From: Dimorphilus gyrociliatus
Lineage: Eukaryota > Animalia > Annelida
Direction: 5' to 3'
DNA length: 64,000 bases
Assembly: GCA_904063045.1 (NCBI GenBank)
Contig: CAJFCJ010000027.1
Coordinates: 1 to 64,000, forward strand
The translations under genes and the position numbers were made by a program. Positions 33,032 to 47,669 of this stretch are shown here, in pieces; position 1 is the stretch's first letter; each line of letters begins with the position of its first letter. Under the pieces are notes generated by a model, which did not search any database, was not told the DNA's origin, and saw only the letters and a list, made by a program, of their open reading frames with translations.

Positions 33032-36000
33032 AACAGACAGACAGAGAGAGAGAGAGAGAGAGACAGATAGACAGATAGACAGACAGACAGACGGACGGAG
33101 AGAATGAGAGAAGAGGAAAGAAAGAAAGAAAGAAAGAAGGAGTGAGAGAGAAACAATATGAAAGAATGAGATACAGGAGCAAAATTGAATAGATGATAAA
33201 ATAGTAAATTAAGATGAAAAAAGAAGGAAAATGGAAAACATTTGGCAAGGGCTGAACTAGCAATAAAGGCGCTAAACGAGACTGTAGAGGGGATATAGGG
33301 GCAATTGGCGATTTGGCAGGAGGAGGAGAGTGAAGGTGGAAGTGAGGGGGAGGGAGAGGAGCAAGAAGAGGAAGAGGAAGAGGAAAAGGGATAGGAAAAG
33401 AGACGACTAATGAGGAAAGAAAGAGAGGAAAAGTGAAATGGGCTGCATGACGAACAAGTGAAAAATGAATGAATAAAGGAAAAAGAACAAAAGAAAAAAG
33501 ATTTAAACGCCTAAAAACATGTGCTATTTCTCCCAAACAAATCCGACCAATAAAATAAACAAAACAGTATAATATATATACAAGGAATAAACAATTTGAT
33601 GCCATATTTACTGTTTCTTGATAGCATTACTTACTTAAGTCAAAGGGAAAGTAATAAATCCCTTAAATATTTCTTCTCTAATTCTAATCTTAAGAAACAT
33701 GTTTTGCAGAGCTTCTTATCCACTCTCCATATCGGTTACTGATCAACTGCAATTTTATGTTGCCTTTTATTGCTCTATAGGCTTGATGAGAATTTCATTA
33801 CTAAATTCGAAGGCCTATAATTTTCGCACACACTCTTTAGCCTGTGGATGGGGGAATATCTGATGGAATTTCAACTTCTTTCCACCCATAAAAAACTCGT
33901 TAGCCTTTCCCCCTTTCTTTCTCTTTTCCTCTTAATATCTCTTTCTCTCTCTTTCTCCTTTTCACTTTTTTCTCTTATTCTCCTTCTCTCTTTCTCTCTC
34001 TACCTTTTTTTTTATCTATATTAGGTCTTCCTCACTCTGATTCTGTCTCTCTGTCTGCCTATCTCTTTCTCTCTCTGACTCTCTCTCTCTCACTCCCTCA
34101 GTCTCTTTCCCTGTGGTGGCCTTACGCTTGGTTTGGTTACAACTCAATAGTGCGCCCTCTTAACCGTTTCTGTAGCGTTATCTATGCACATTTTTATTTA
34201 GACTGTTGCAGGTTTCCGTCAATGTAATTTTCTTTTTAAAAAAACATATGCGTCTATTTGTTGTAATGCGCTTTTTTAATATTTTATAGTTTAATTGCTG
34301 CGGTCGACAATCGACGCCTTTTACGATTCAGGTGAATGGGAAAAAATTTCTGCTATAGCGTGATCTTTCTTATTTCTCCTTCGAGGGAATCGTCTAATAG
34401 GCGCCTCTTTGTAACACCTCTTAAACGCTCTTCCTATTTGATTTAATAACTATTAAATTGTAGGGCGTTTACGACAACACCATTTTTACCCCTCTAAGCC
34501 GACGTTAGTTCTCTTTTTTCCAAGTGCAATTTTCTGGCTACGCTTGAATGAGACCGTCTAATAGGAATTATAGACAGCAGTGCAGATAAATTAAATCAAT
34601 TTTATCTTTCTCTTTACAGAAGCAAACGTAGCTTTAGGGGGTTTAGCAAACGAAACTGCTACGGATCAAGTATCGAAGAGCTGAGAAATTGAAAAACGAT
34701 ACGCTCGCAAGGGAAGAATCACTAAGCGAAGAGGTGGCGAATCGACCAAAGAACGCTAATAAATAGTAAAAGAAAGTTTAGCTTGAAAAGTTCAATCGAG
34801 CTGGTAAGAGTGATAAAATAGTTGATAGGTTTGGAAGGAAAAGAGAGAAACAAATTGACAGACAAACAGATAGAAAGGCGCAGACCGATAGATGAAGAGA
34901 TATAGAGCCAAATAGATAGATAGAAGATGAAAAGTAAGAGATGAGGAGGATGGAAACAAAAGTAGAAATTAATTCATTTTTAAGAAAAGGATAAAAATCA
35001 AATGATTTTTACGAATCCAATAGTTACTGGAAAACAGCAATAATAAGCAATATACAATTTTAGCCGGAGGGGCTTTTGATTACAAGCGCTTTTATAGGAA
35101 ATTCGTCAATTTCTCTCATAGGCAAGCTAACCCTTCCGCAAAAGCGACGTTTATTCGTCTAGTCGTTGCAGACTTCTTATTGCGGTTCGAGCACCCTTAG
35201 TTGCAGTTGACCCCTTTTATTGCTGAAATAGGCAGCCAAAAGCGAAGAGTGTTGGTAAATTAGGTGTTTTTCTTTTTTTTCACTTTTCCCGGGCTCTCCC
35301 TCTCTCTCTCTCTCTCTCTCCCTCCCTCCCTCCCTCTTTCGTTTGCCCTTCGGAAATAGTTGTAAGTTTTCCTCGAATTGTCCAAATCATTGAAACGGAA
35401 GGAAGGTGGCGCCATGGCCACTAACCCCAGTCTTTCGAAAAGGTCGTTATCCAGTTCCAGGAATATTTGAGTAAATCAACATCGGACTGGTAAAGCCAGT
35501 CTTAATACTTTGGCGCTTAAGGGGCTGTTATATCAGATATTTTACAAATACGGTGGTGACTTGGCTTTTTTCTTAATTCTTCTCGAAGGGAAGATGCTAT
35601 AAAGATGATGAAAGAAGTAAAAAGGAAAGAAAACCGAGAAATTATAGCTTATAGATTCGACAGCTATTCCTTTAGGAGTTTGGCTTCACTACAATATTAA
35701 TATCATCGAATCCGTGCACGATTTCTAATTGATTCTCAATCTTTTCTCTTTCCCTTCTCTTTCTTTCTTTTTGTCTCTTTCTTTCTCTTTCTCTTTCCCT
35801 CTCTCTCTCTCTCTCTCTGTCACCCTCTCCCTCTCCCTCCCTCTCTCTCTTTCTCTTTCTCGCTTCTTTGTCATCATCTGCTTTCTCTTCCTTGCTCTTT
35901 ATAAAGTTATTTTGGCCAATAAGCGAAATTCCTTAATTGGTGGCTGTGTCTGTATTTTTTTTGTCATTTATACTTAATAACTCTATCACTATTTTTTTTC

Positions 36001-36107
36001 TTTTCATATAAATATATTATATATATCCAAATCTATCTATTCATCTATCTATCAATTTATCTATATTTATCTATATTTATCTATATCTATCTATCTATCT
36101 ATCTGCC

Positions 36108-36158
<51 letters not shown>

Positions 36159-37967
36159 TTATGTATATTAATGTCTTTATGCATGTATGTTGCAATGTAT
36201 ATACATGATATGCATAGATATACAATATATATATATATATATATATATTAGTATATATATAAATATACGTATTCATATTTTGCGTTATATTTGTATGCTC
36301 TTTTATTCCCTCTCCCTAGTTTTCTCTCTCCCTCTCTCTCTCTCTCTTTTAATATTTCAATTCAGCCTTTATGTATTTAATAAAATTTTCCTTTATCCTT
36401 TTCTTTGGAAAGAAATTAGAAAAAATGCAGGTATCGTTTTTCGTTTCCTCCAAAAGTGAAAAGAGGAAAATACACTAGCGCCCCCTTTTAATCCAATTAA
36501 CGACATTCCCTTCTATCCCAAATCAGCGATCCGTTAAAAAAGAATTTTGTATTTCATTCGCGACTGTAAAGAGAAGGACAGGAAAAGAGAGGAGAGTGTG
36601 GGTGTAGGAGAGAGCGAGAGAGAGAGAGAGACAGACAGACAGAACGAGGAAGCGAAAGGGTAGAATTGTAAATACGGCGAGCTTTAGGTAAATAATTAGT
36701 AGGGAGGCGTTTACAATAAATTTTTAATCTTTGATTAACAGTACCATTAGAAATTGGCAATAAAGAAGACAAATGGCGGAGGGGGGGAAAGAGAAGAGGG
36801 AGTAAGGTATGTGTGTGGATAGCAAACGTAATGAGGATAAAAGACTAATAGAATGATAATAGTGAGAGAGAAAGGCGGATGTATATGAAAAGAAGACAGA
36901 TTGTACGACACTAACGATAGACAGATAGATATAGATGGATAGATAGATAGATAGATAGCTATATAGATAGATAGGCAGAGGGGAAAGAGAGAGTGGGGGA
37001 ATGCGCATAAAAGTATAGGTTAGACTTGAATTATACACACAGAAGTTAAAAGATTCGATATAGGCATTAAGAGAATTATTGCATAATAATTGTGTTATGA
37101 GGTGGGAGGCTATTAGAATCGATTGTAAAATAAGTGAGTGAGCTAGGGAGAAAGAGAGCGCGAGATAGATAAATAGAGGGGGGAGCGAGGAAGAGAGAGA
37201 GAGAGAGAGAGAGAAAGAGAAGTTTGTTTTGGTTTGGCGTTTCAACGTGAGTCATTTACGGCTGTCGGCTATCAGACTATAAAACCAATGAAATATTCAC
37301 CGCTTTTCAAAGCTTTTTTTGTTGTAATAGCGACGTACAAGGATGCTAGGAAAGCAAATTAATCTTATTGCGCGGCCGAGTTAATTAACCTCATTAGAAA
37401 AACAGGAGAAAAAAGAAGATAGTAATGCTTGGGGCAAGTGGGTGGGGGATGATAGAGGGAGGGGGAGAAAAGAAAAGATAAGAGTAAAAGATGCAGATTT
37501 CAGAGGTGGTGGGAGGGTATCGGAAGACCTCGCGGTGATACAGTAACTGATTCATCATCTAGATGACTGAAGTGATAAATTGCGTACTCGGCGGCATGCA
37601 CCGCGCGAATCGCCTCATAAAATCCTTAACTATCTGCAAACATTTGCCCCTCGGTACACCAACCGCCCAACTATTAATCTAAATTTAGTAAAAGCATGAG
37701 AGAAAAAAAAATCAATTCATAAATGCCGCCTCCCTCTTTTTTTTTCTTTTTATCCCTTTGATTGTGCAAAACCGAGGGGTAAAAATATACGTTAAACAAG
37801 GTGGGCAATTCTTTTTAAGCTCAATCGTCAATTATCGAATTTTGATTCATAGTTCTACCGATGGCCATTCACTAATCGAGTCAAAAATTGAGTTAAAAAC
37901 GTCCAATTAAACCGATGACTACAAAGGGAGAGGGGGAATATATTTTTTTTCAAATTTACATCAGTAT

Positions 37968-38004
<37 letters not shown>

Positions 38005-41000
38005 ACCAAAGGAGAAACTTGTTCATTAGTGCAATCTTTAATGATAATTAAACGATTGAAATCATAAAAATATGTATAAATAATGCTGGAGAAACGGATA
38101 ATGATCAAGTAAACTGGGAGAAATTATAGTGGGAGACGAAGATGAAGATGGGAAAGAGAGAGAGAAAATTGGCGGGTTCCTTTCCTCCACACACTTTAAC
38201 ATGTCATCGTAACGACTGCGGTTCTTAATCAGATTTATACAAAAATAGTACAGCGCTTGATGGAATTAGCGTTGATTTTAAATAAAAAGAGCGCCATATC
38301 AAATATTTACACTCTCTTCGCTAATTAGCTTATGACAATTTGGAGTAGACACTGCTAAAATCAAGATTGATACAAATTGTAAAATATTTCTCAATCAGTC
38401 AAAAAGGAATAAAGTAAAAGAATTCTTTTTTCTTTTCTTTCTATCGAAAGTGAAAAATTTCAAGGGAAAAAAACAAAAAAGAAAAAGAGTAGTAACAAGA
38501 ATAGAAACACGCTTCATTTCTAGCTATTTCAATTAAACGGTTTAATAGTGTCGGCTGGTCCGCCTACTCGACTACCACGTCCCCTTCTAGAACAATTAGT
38601 TTTATTTACAATAGAGGTTGGCCGTCTAAAAATAGATGGATATTGGCAAAAGGCGGAAGAAGACGGTTTGTGGGAGGTGGGAGGTAGTAAAGGGGCGATG
38701 GAGAGTGTATTCTCCCTTAGTCAGTCTATCTCTCTCGCTCTCCCTCTCACACACACTTTTTTACTAGTTCTCTCTTTCTCTTTGAAGAGATCCAAAGCCT
38801 TTTTATTAGATGGAAACAGGGAAAATTTGTCTTGGATTTTGGAATCATGAGATAATCAATGGAAATATCATATGACCCAAATAAAAAAAGCATATGCGCA
38901 ATCACACAACCCTTTCTTCTTTCAGTTTCCATTAGCATATTAAATATCCTCAATCTAGTCTGTCACATGAGTGAAATTTGAGATAAGATAAATAGAAAAT
39001 TTCGATTTTTGGCCCAAACAGAGTAAATAAAGTTTAATTAAAAAGCCTTTAAGTCTTCGAAGGAGGCGAAGGAGGAGGGGGAGGAGGAGAAGGAGGCGGA
39101 GGGGGAAGGAGGTGAAAGGCGGAAGAGAAAGAGAAGAAAAGAAAAGTTGAATAGGAAGAAAGACGATAAAAGGAATATACCAAGAAAGCTGGAAGAAACA
39201 CAAGGAATATTCGCTTTCAGTTAATCAACTCTGGGCGAAAAATTTAATGATTTAACTAATTGATTTTCATAAAGATGTTTATATTGTTTATTTGCTCCTC
39301 TCTTATTCTTCTATGGAAAGATAACCCTTCATTTTTCTAGGCCTAAAATTTGATAAAATTTCTACTAGTTCGTAAATTGTAAAGTTGAAACAAAACGTGG
39401 CAATACCTACTCGAGCGTTCATTTCAAGTGGAGGCTAAAGCTCTCCTCTGAGAGCGTCTGGAATGCACTTGTACGCGGTACGCTCGTTAACTATCTACTA
39501 AATAATACGTAACGAGACCGGAAACGAGTTAAACAAAAGAGAAAGAAATCAGAAAAAAGAGAACAAAAAGAATAAAAAGCAAAAAAAGATTCGCCTACTT
39601 TCGATGGTCATCTGAGTGCGTTTGTCATCAATAATAAAAAAGAAAAAACATGAAATAAACAGGAAAAACAATACAAACTATCAAATCTTTTACGATTCTG
39701 AAATTAACGGAATAGAATTCAAGTATATACTCTATTTCGTCTATATTATGGCCAGGGACGCCCCATCTGTGTCTTGATGAGGAAATTTGCAACGATTTTT
39801 CAATAAGGCGAATGGAAGAAACCAAACAGAGGAAAACAATTACATGGCGAGCTTCTCGGGAATCTGTCTTCCGGAAGAATGTGCGTATTTCTATTCAGGA
39901 CAAGTGTATACTCGATGGAAAAGTAAAACCTATCCGGAAATCGATGACGTTTTCAGAAATTTCATTCTACAGTATATACAATCTACTTAACAATATACTC
40001 CACACACAAAGTTTACACAATTAATCGGGCCTATATGCATAACTACTATTAATTACTTTCTCCAGCTTGGCGTCACCTCTTCAACTTGATAAGCTGATCA
40101 ATTGACTGATTAGATAAAAATTTCTTCGCTTTTAGAATATTTCTAAAAGGGATACAAAAGGTGGAGGGAGGCGTAGGAGGATGTTTCTTTAAGATGCTGA
40201 CGATAAGGTTGCACATTCTAATCTGCATTGTGTAAACATCTTGTAACTATATTAACCTAATATAACGGCATTTTTCTTTTCAATTTTTCATTAAAAGATC
40301 TATATAGAATCGTTAAATAAGTATTTTTCTTTTTCAATTTCCCGCTTTCCTCCTCTCTCTCTCTCTCTCTCTCTCCCTCCCTCCCTCCCTCTCTCTTTCA
40401 TTCCTTCCTTTACCTTCTCCATCTACATATCGTTGCATTCAAATAGCTTATCAGGTTATTCGATAGAAAACGGTAGAGAATTCTTGCGAGATAGTTTCTT
40501 TCTGCTCTATTCAATAGTTTGTTTGTAATTGAAAAGAGGAATAATGAGAAAAAAAGCAGACTTGTACGTGGTGCGTGTAAGTTGCTTTTAACACTTTGTT
40601 AAAGCCTATACAAGTGTATTTCATCGAAAACCCGTCTAATTTAAAGCAAAGAGAAAGAGAGAGAGAGAGAAGAAAGCAAGAAAGAAATGTAGATATAAAT
40701 AGAGAGAAATATATTGAGCTCTGTTGGATAGAGTGAATAGTGGAGAAATAATGTGAGAAATTGCTTATTGTTATTATTAGAGCGGTCATCGTCGCCAATC
40801 TTATATTGATGACGACAACGACAACGCGATCGCGGCAGCGGCGGCGGCGGCGGCGGCGGCGATGGCGGCGGCGATGACGAAGGCGGCGATGGCGACTACG
40901 ACGCCGACGACGATGACGACAATGTCCTGGTGGCTTCAGCAATAACACTTCTCTGGAAAAGAGTGATCCAGGCACAGGGAAAAAGTATATTGAAAAGAAA

Positions 41001-42092
41001 TAATGGACAATTGAAAGATGAATATGAATAATAAAGATGCAAAGGTATTAATAGTATTAGTGTAGAAAGGGAGCAAAATGTTTTCATAGCTCTAGCAGTG
41101 GTACCATTTTTATTGGCTAGCTTTTCCTTCTTTTACTGTTAAAGATTACTGCGTCGATATAAAAGCAATAAAAAACAATTTGATCCAATAGGTTTTCTTT
41201 TTAAACCCGCAAAAAATTAACTAGATAATCGGTTTAATTCAAGGATTATCCGTGATTCTACAAAACTATATTTCTCTTCTTTCTTTTTCCTCTTTATCCA
41301 TCCATCCACCTGTCTTTTTCTTTGTTTTCATCTTTGACGATAAAGTTCAATTGAGTTAGCGAAGGAAACCAGACGCTTTTCGCTAATATCAAACTCTACG
41401 ACTTACAAATATGCAAACATAGCAACTACAAACATACATAGACGCATACCTATCTCACTTTATATTCTATTAAATTCCGATAAACATGCGCATTACATTT
41501 TCTACGTCATTATTCTTTAACAGTTATCATTAATTTATTCGAGTAGATGGGCTGGAATGACGTTATACTTGTTTGTCAGATAAACTCATAATGGGAGAAT
41601 GAGAAATATATACAAACTGTCTCGAATTATTTAAATCGATCATGTAAGCTCACCGAGAGGAGATGATAAAAAAAAGTAGACAACGTAAAAGGAACGCGAC
41701 GGCGGCGGTGGCGATCTCTTTATTGCCTCGAGGAAGAGAGATTTCAGAGGAAAGAGATAAGGTACGCCGAATGTACATAGGGGAGGAGTATAAAGAAGGT
41801 AGCGACGAGTCTATAATTACACTTATGACGAAATAGATAGATCCTAATGGATACATAGATAGATAGAAAGAAGAAACGAGAAGAAAGATATATATTAGTA
41901 TATATATACAGTATAATTTATATATACATGTATATACTAATATATATATTACTAATATATATTGTAATAGATAAAGACTAATTGAAATGCATACAATGGA
42001 AATTTCTAATACAGTGCATATATACAGTATATATACATGTATATATATATATACATACAGTATACTGTATATAAGACGTATATATGTATATA

Positions 42093-42123
<31 letters not shown>

Positions 42124-43903
42124 GACAGAGATAATATATATATTTACAATAATAAAAACGTTTTTTAGATGATATATTGAAATTTTGTTGTATATATCTC
42201 TTCGTGTTTATAATGATAAGCTTAGGAGGCGAGGGGTACGGATAAAAGGAGGGTTAGCAATAGATAAAGAGATATATTGGAAGGTAAAGAGGGGGTAGGT
42301 TTTGTTTTTGTTTAACGAAAATGATATACATACGTATATACATATATACTAATATATTAGTATATACATACATGGGCAGTAGGAGAGAAGAACGAGGGAG
42401 ATTGGGTGGGAGATGTGAGAGAGAAAGAAGAAAATTTTAAAAGGGAGAAAGCTATAAAAGAATTGTCAGTTTTAGAAGTGTTTGTTTATAGATTTTTGCA
42501 AACTCAACCACGCAGACACACGCCTCTTTAGAGAACAGATGTTTTCGTGTTTTGTTAAGAAACTAAAATGATACACAAAATCCTCTCACTATCGTCACCA
42601 CCACCATGCTCTTCATCTTCTTCTTCTTCTTCTTCTTCTTCTTCTTCTGCTTCTCCTTTCCTCTTCTTCTTACGCACATCAAATATATACAAAGACCGAT
42701 AATTAAGGTGCATGCTCACCTCCTACGAAACGAATTATGTATGAGATCAAAGACTGATGTGTCTTATCCGACAAAAAGTCGTTTGGGTGCAAAGAAGGAA
42801 TAGAAGGCGGTTGCCAGGAAAAAAACAAGCTTAGTTATATCAAAGGAAAAGCTATCTTGGAGGAGACTGAATGGCTAATAAGCCTAGAAGTAGCCCATTA
42901 TATAATAATCAGGCTTTATGAAATCAGAGGCTATAGACATGTTGACCTATGGAACAATCAGCTGTGGCAGCTCTTAAGTAGTAGCTTAATAGCTTTCCGT
43001 CTAGTAGTTGGTAGTTTAAAGAGAATATTAGTAAAAAGGGGCTAACCTCGAGTTTTTCCAGTCGTCACTTGCGCCGGCAAACAATTTTCCTTTTCTCTCT
43101 TCTCTTCGCTCTTCGTTAAGATGATTGGTTTAAAAAATTTAGCCGTTTTGTTTTTTCCTCATAAAAAGCAAATAAATTCAATTTAAAAGCCTTGGTTTTT
43201 TCTTTTCCTCTTCCACTTGACTTTTCGCTCCTCTTCCCTTCTCTTTTCTCTAAGAAGAAATTAGGGATAAAGCTCTCTTAATCCGTTTAGAATTTTTCTT
43301 TCAACAACTTTTAAACATTCAAGCTCTTTTCTATTTTCCACTTGACGAGTCTTCTCATTTAGAGATCACAAAAAAACTTTTATCTCTCTCCCTTCTCTCT
43401 GCTTAGTTGGTCAGTTGACAAACCTTTGGCAAACTTTTACACCGTCGCATGCGCTTCCTTAGTGCCGACGAAAGCAGTTATCGATGGTTTGTGACGTCAC
43501 AAATTCTCCGATTGCTCATTGGTTAAACTGGTAGAGTATATGCCGTATTATGCGCACGTAAAGAAGATAGAAGAGAGAAAAAAAAAGAAAAAAAAAAGTT
43601 GGTTTACGTAAACCAGGATTTCTTGTGCGTTAATTGTCTGTGTAAGTTAAGAATGTAGGTTAATGGGAACTCTTACCGGCTCATAACCAAAGATAAAAAA
43701 TAGAAAAAAATGTTGATGGAAAGGGATCTTTTCAACAGTCAAAAAGTTTATCCTACTTGTATAATCCCTTCTTCTCTTGTCTCATTCTCTCATTCAAAAC
43801 TATTGAGAAGAGAGACGGTTCAATCGTTAAAGCTGGTACAACCACCGCCACTATCATTATTGTCGTAGTCGTTGTGGTTGATGCCGCTGCCGCCACCGTC
43901 ACA

Positions 43904-43934
<31 letters not shown>

Positions 43935-44806
43935 TGCTGCTGTGCAATACACACGACGTTCCGAATAAATCTTTCTTACGCTTCTTCCCGATTGTTTTCA
44001 AATAACATACCACAAAAACCCGTACAACAACAACACTTACGAACAATCACTTGAGTAGTGCTCGTAGCGCATCTTCAACAATTACTTGTGTCATCTTCTT
44101 GTTGCTGTTGAAAAGAAAAAATTGATTTTAATTAGACTCTGACTGACCGAAAAAAATACACAAATAATCTGCAGAAGAGTATCTTTGTTTGGCAATAGCA
44201 AATGAAAAATTATCGTAATTTCTGTTTCTTTATACGAGGGGAGATGTTAGGGGAGGAAGATTAGTATAGGCAGAGATGAAGGCGGATGAGAGGTGATAAC
44301 GAAAGGTGTTAAGGAAGAGGGGATAAATAAGAAATATCGAGTCCGATCCCAGGCGTATTATTTGAATTCTGGGAAAGTTTTAGTCGTGTCTTTATCTAAA
44401 ATTCTTGGTGGGTGGTAAAGTTGAATTTGGTAACCTATAACCGAATTGGGGAGAAGGGTAATATCTTATTTATAAATAAGGGTTAGGGGAATCTCGGGTT
44501 AAATTGGCTGGTAAGTTAGTCAGAAAGAGATGGGAAAACGGCCTAGTCGCTTGTGCGCAATAATCATAATAATACGAAAAACCGTCATTTTAGGCTGGGC
44601 AGCTGTGCAAAATTAATACAAACTACACAGACGCCTAAACACACAGAAAAGGAGATGTTGGTGAAACGAGGACAATTTTCCTTGTTTGCTAAAAGCATAG
44701 AGAAACAAAAGGAGAGAGAGAAAGAGAGAGATATGGTGGAGGGAGGAGGCAGAGAGAGACAGATGGTTTGGAGGGAAGGGTTCAGAGAAGGACCAAAAGA
44801 CGTATA

Positions 44807-44842
<36 letters not shown>

Positions 44843-46669
44843 TACTCAAGACGATTTAGAAAGATTTAATCTAAAATAGCATATTCAAAAGAGTTGATTT
44901 ACAGGAGAAAGAGAGAAATTAGAGAAATGAAGATGGAAAGAAAATATCATTCAAAGAGAAAACTGCTTCGCTTTCGAACCTTTTTACATAAACACGAAAT
45001 TAAAGCAAATTTTTACAAGAGTACGATTGCCGAACCAAACGATCGCGTGGAATGATCTAATAACTAGCGTCACTTTGCTCATTGCCTTTGAATTTTCATG
45101 CGACAACATTTCGTGCAGGTGACGCTCCAATAGTTTAACCTTTTTTTAATGGTGGTTCAACCAATTTTCAGTGATTTTATAGTAATAAATTTTCTTTTTC
45201 ATTAGGGTAAAAAGTTTTTGAAATCTACCAATTCTTCTTAAACGCCATCGCTAATTTTATCATTTTGTTGTTTTAAAGGTAAGAAATTCTATAAATAGAA
45301 TAGTTATCTCTTTCAGTTGTACAGCTGGTATTTTATATGAAAGAGGTGATCTAATAGATTAGAAGAACATTCTCAATTTCTCAACTTTTCCCCTCTTCTA
45401 CACCTGTTCCTAAAACCATAAGGAGAGCAGAGAACAGAGAAATAACAGACATAAAATCATCTATGCAGATAAATGCTAAGACATGGATATATATACTAAC
45501 ATATATATACATATATACGAAGGAACACGCACCGCACACGCAATTATCTATTCGACACCCTAAAAGCAAAATGGTAATCTAAAGATGAAGGGGCTAAAGG
45601 TGAAGGAAAGGGAAAGAAGAAGGAAAAAAGGGATGAAAAAGAATCAAACAAAGTCGGCCGAGGAAGAGGTGGAGGAGGAACAGCAGCAGCACAATTAGAA
45701 GCGATAGTGAGCTGTGAGCGGGTAGAGTTCCGAGAAAGAGTTAAGGTTTTGAGGAAATCGGAAAGGGGAGGATCGTGGTATAGAGGAGGAAGAGGGAAAA
45801 TTGGTAAAAGAAGAAGTAGGAGGATAAGAAAGAGAGATAATTATAGCAGGCATAGAATTTCGATATAATATTAATATCGACAATTTCTGAGGCAGATAGA
45901 GTTAATGCTAGTCAGACAATTTCGGAAATGCATTAAACGTTTACAGCTACCAGGATAGCGTGATCAGTCTACTCTAATTTATATGGAGAAGCGTGACCTT
46001 GGTTTACTTCATCTTGATTTGCTTCGGTGTCGCCCAGATTGTTTTTTTTTCTTTTTTCTATTTTCTTTTTAAAAGATATCATCATTCTCATTTTTTCTCT
46101 ACTTTTCTCTTCATGTCTCTCTTTCTCTCTCTCTCTCAAATATTCATTGCCATTGCTATTATTACAAAAAATTCATTTTCATAATTTGTTGTTTTTCTTC
46201 ATCAATGCAGACAGTAGAATGGGGAATAAAATAGGAAAAGAAAGGAAGAGGGGACTAGAAATAGAGAAGGAAGAGAAAGAGGCGATTTTTAAGAGAAATT
46301 TCTATTTATTTCCATTTATATTTACTGGAAAAAAGTGGCCAGCGGCAAAAATGGAAACTTTCTCGCACGTCAAACATTCGTTGTGAAGCGGTGCTTGAAA
46401 ATTTTCAAATCATTCCCATAAAAGAGAGGGGGCGGAAAAGGGCGAGGAGGCAGCCAGTAAGGCCCAATTAGTCAGTTGCGCAATTCGAGAATAACTCTCC
46501 GCCCATCCAATTCGCCCATTCAATGCTTTTATGGACTTTAAGTGCGTACTTTTTTTCCCTTTACGCATTCTAACCTAATTTTTGCAATGAAAAGTTTGGG
46601 ACGTTATATTTTGCCTTGTTTTCTTTCTCTTTTGCCTTCCTCTTCCGCCTCCCCCCTCCCTCCTCTCTT

Positions 46670-46703
<34 letters not shown>

Positions 46704-47628
46704 TCTTTGCTTTTCTCTCTTTTTTTGTTATATATTATGTTGATTGTACAAACTTTTTTAATAGGAGTTGTATAGTTTCTGTTGAATTAGTATAGTATTC
46801 TGCCTATAAAAACATACTAGATAAAATAAATCGATTGTTTCTTATGCATATTTTGATACTTCTAGGCAAAATATTTTACTTGGAGCAGATGTTTCGCTAT
46901 CATTAACTTGAAAACGGAAATATTAGAGAGGAATTATATGACAATATGGTCACTCTCACTCTTTTTTTCTTTTCTATTCACTCTCTCTTCCCTCCCTTCA
47001 TTTTTTCCCCTCTCTTCTTTTTTCACCTATATGTACATCCAATCTTGTATCCATCCATCCATCCATCCGTCGAATGTCTACGCACCTATCGGACAATCTC
47101 CAGCTACCATTTTCTGCTACGTTCTATCCTCTTTCTCGCTTCTCTTCTTTCCCCATCACATACATTCCTCCTCCTACTCTTGTTACTCTGTCGTCTTTAG
47201 TTTATTCTAGCTCCTTTATTCGTCCTATTGACTTTATTCAAGTTGCTTGTGAAAATTTAATTTGATAGTTGACTTTATTAGGTTGTTTGTTTGTTTATTT
47301 GCAATGTTTGTTCGACTGTAGTCGATAGCGATATGGGCGGTACCAGCGCAACAAAGGGAATGCTAAAGGTAAAAGGAGGGATGATTAGTGGTTGGAAAGA
47401 GGTGACACGATACTGCGGTAATAATTAGCACTTTAAAGCGTACTTATATGAGGAGAGTAAGAAAAAAGTGAATTTCTTAAGGTAAAAATTCTCTGTGTGC
47501 AATAAATATTTGAAAGATACAAGAGTTTTAAGCCGTCTAATATTTCCATTCGATTTGTAACTTGATTCTTAAAACCAAATAGTCAAATAATAAGTGAATA
47601 AATACTTGTATATGAGTGCAGTTAGGAT

Positions 47629-47669
<41 letters not shown>

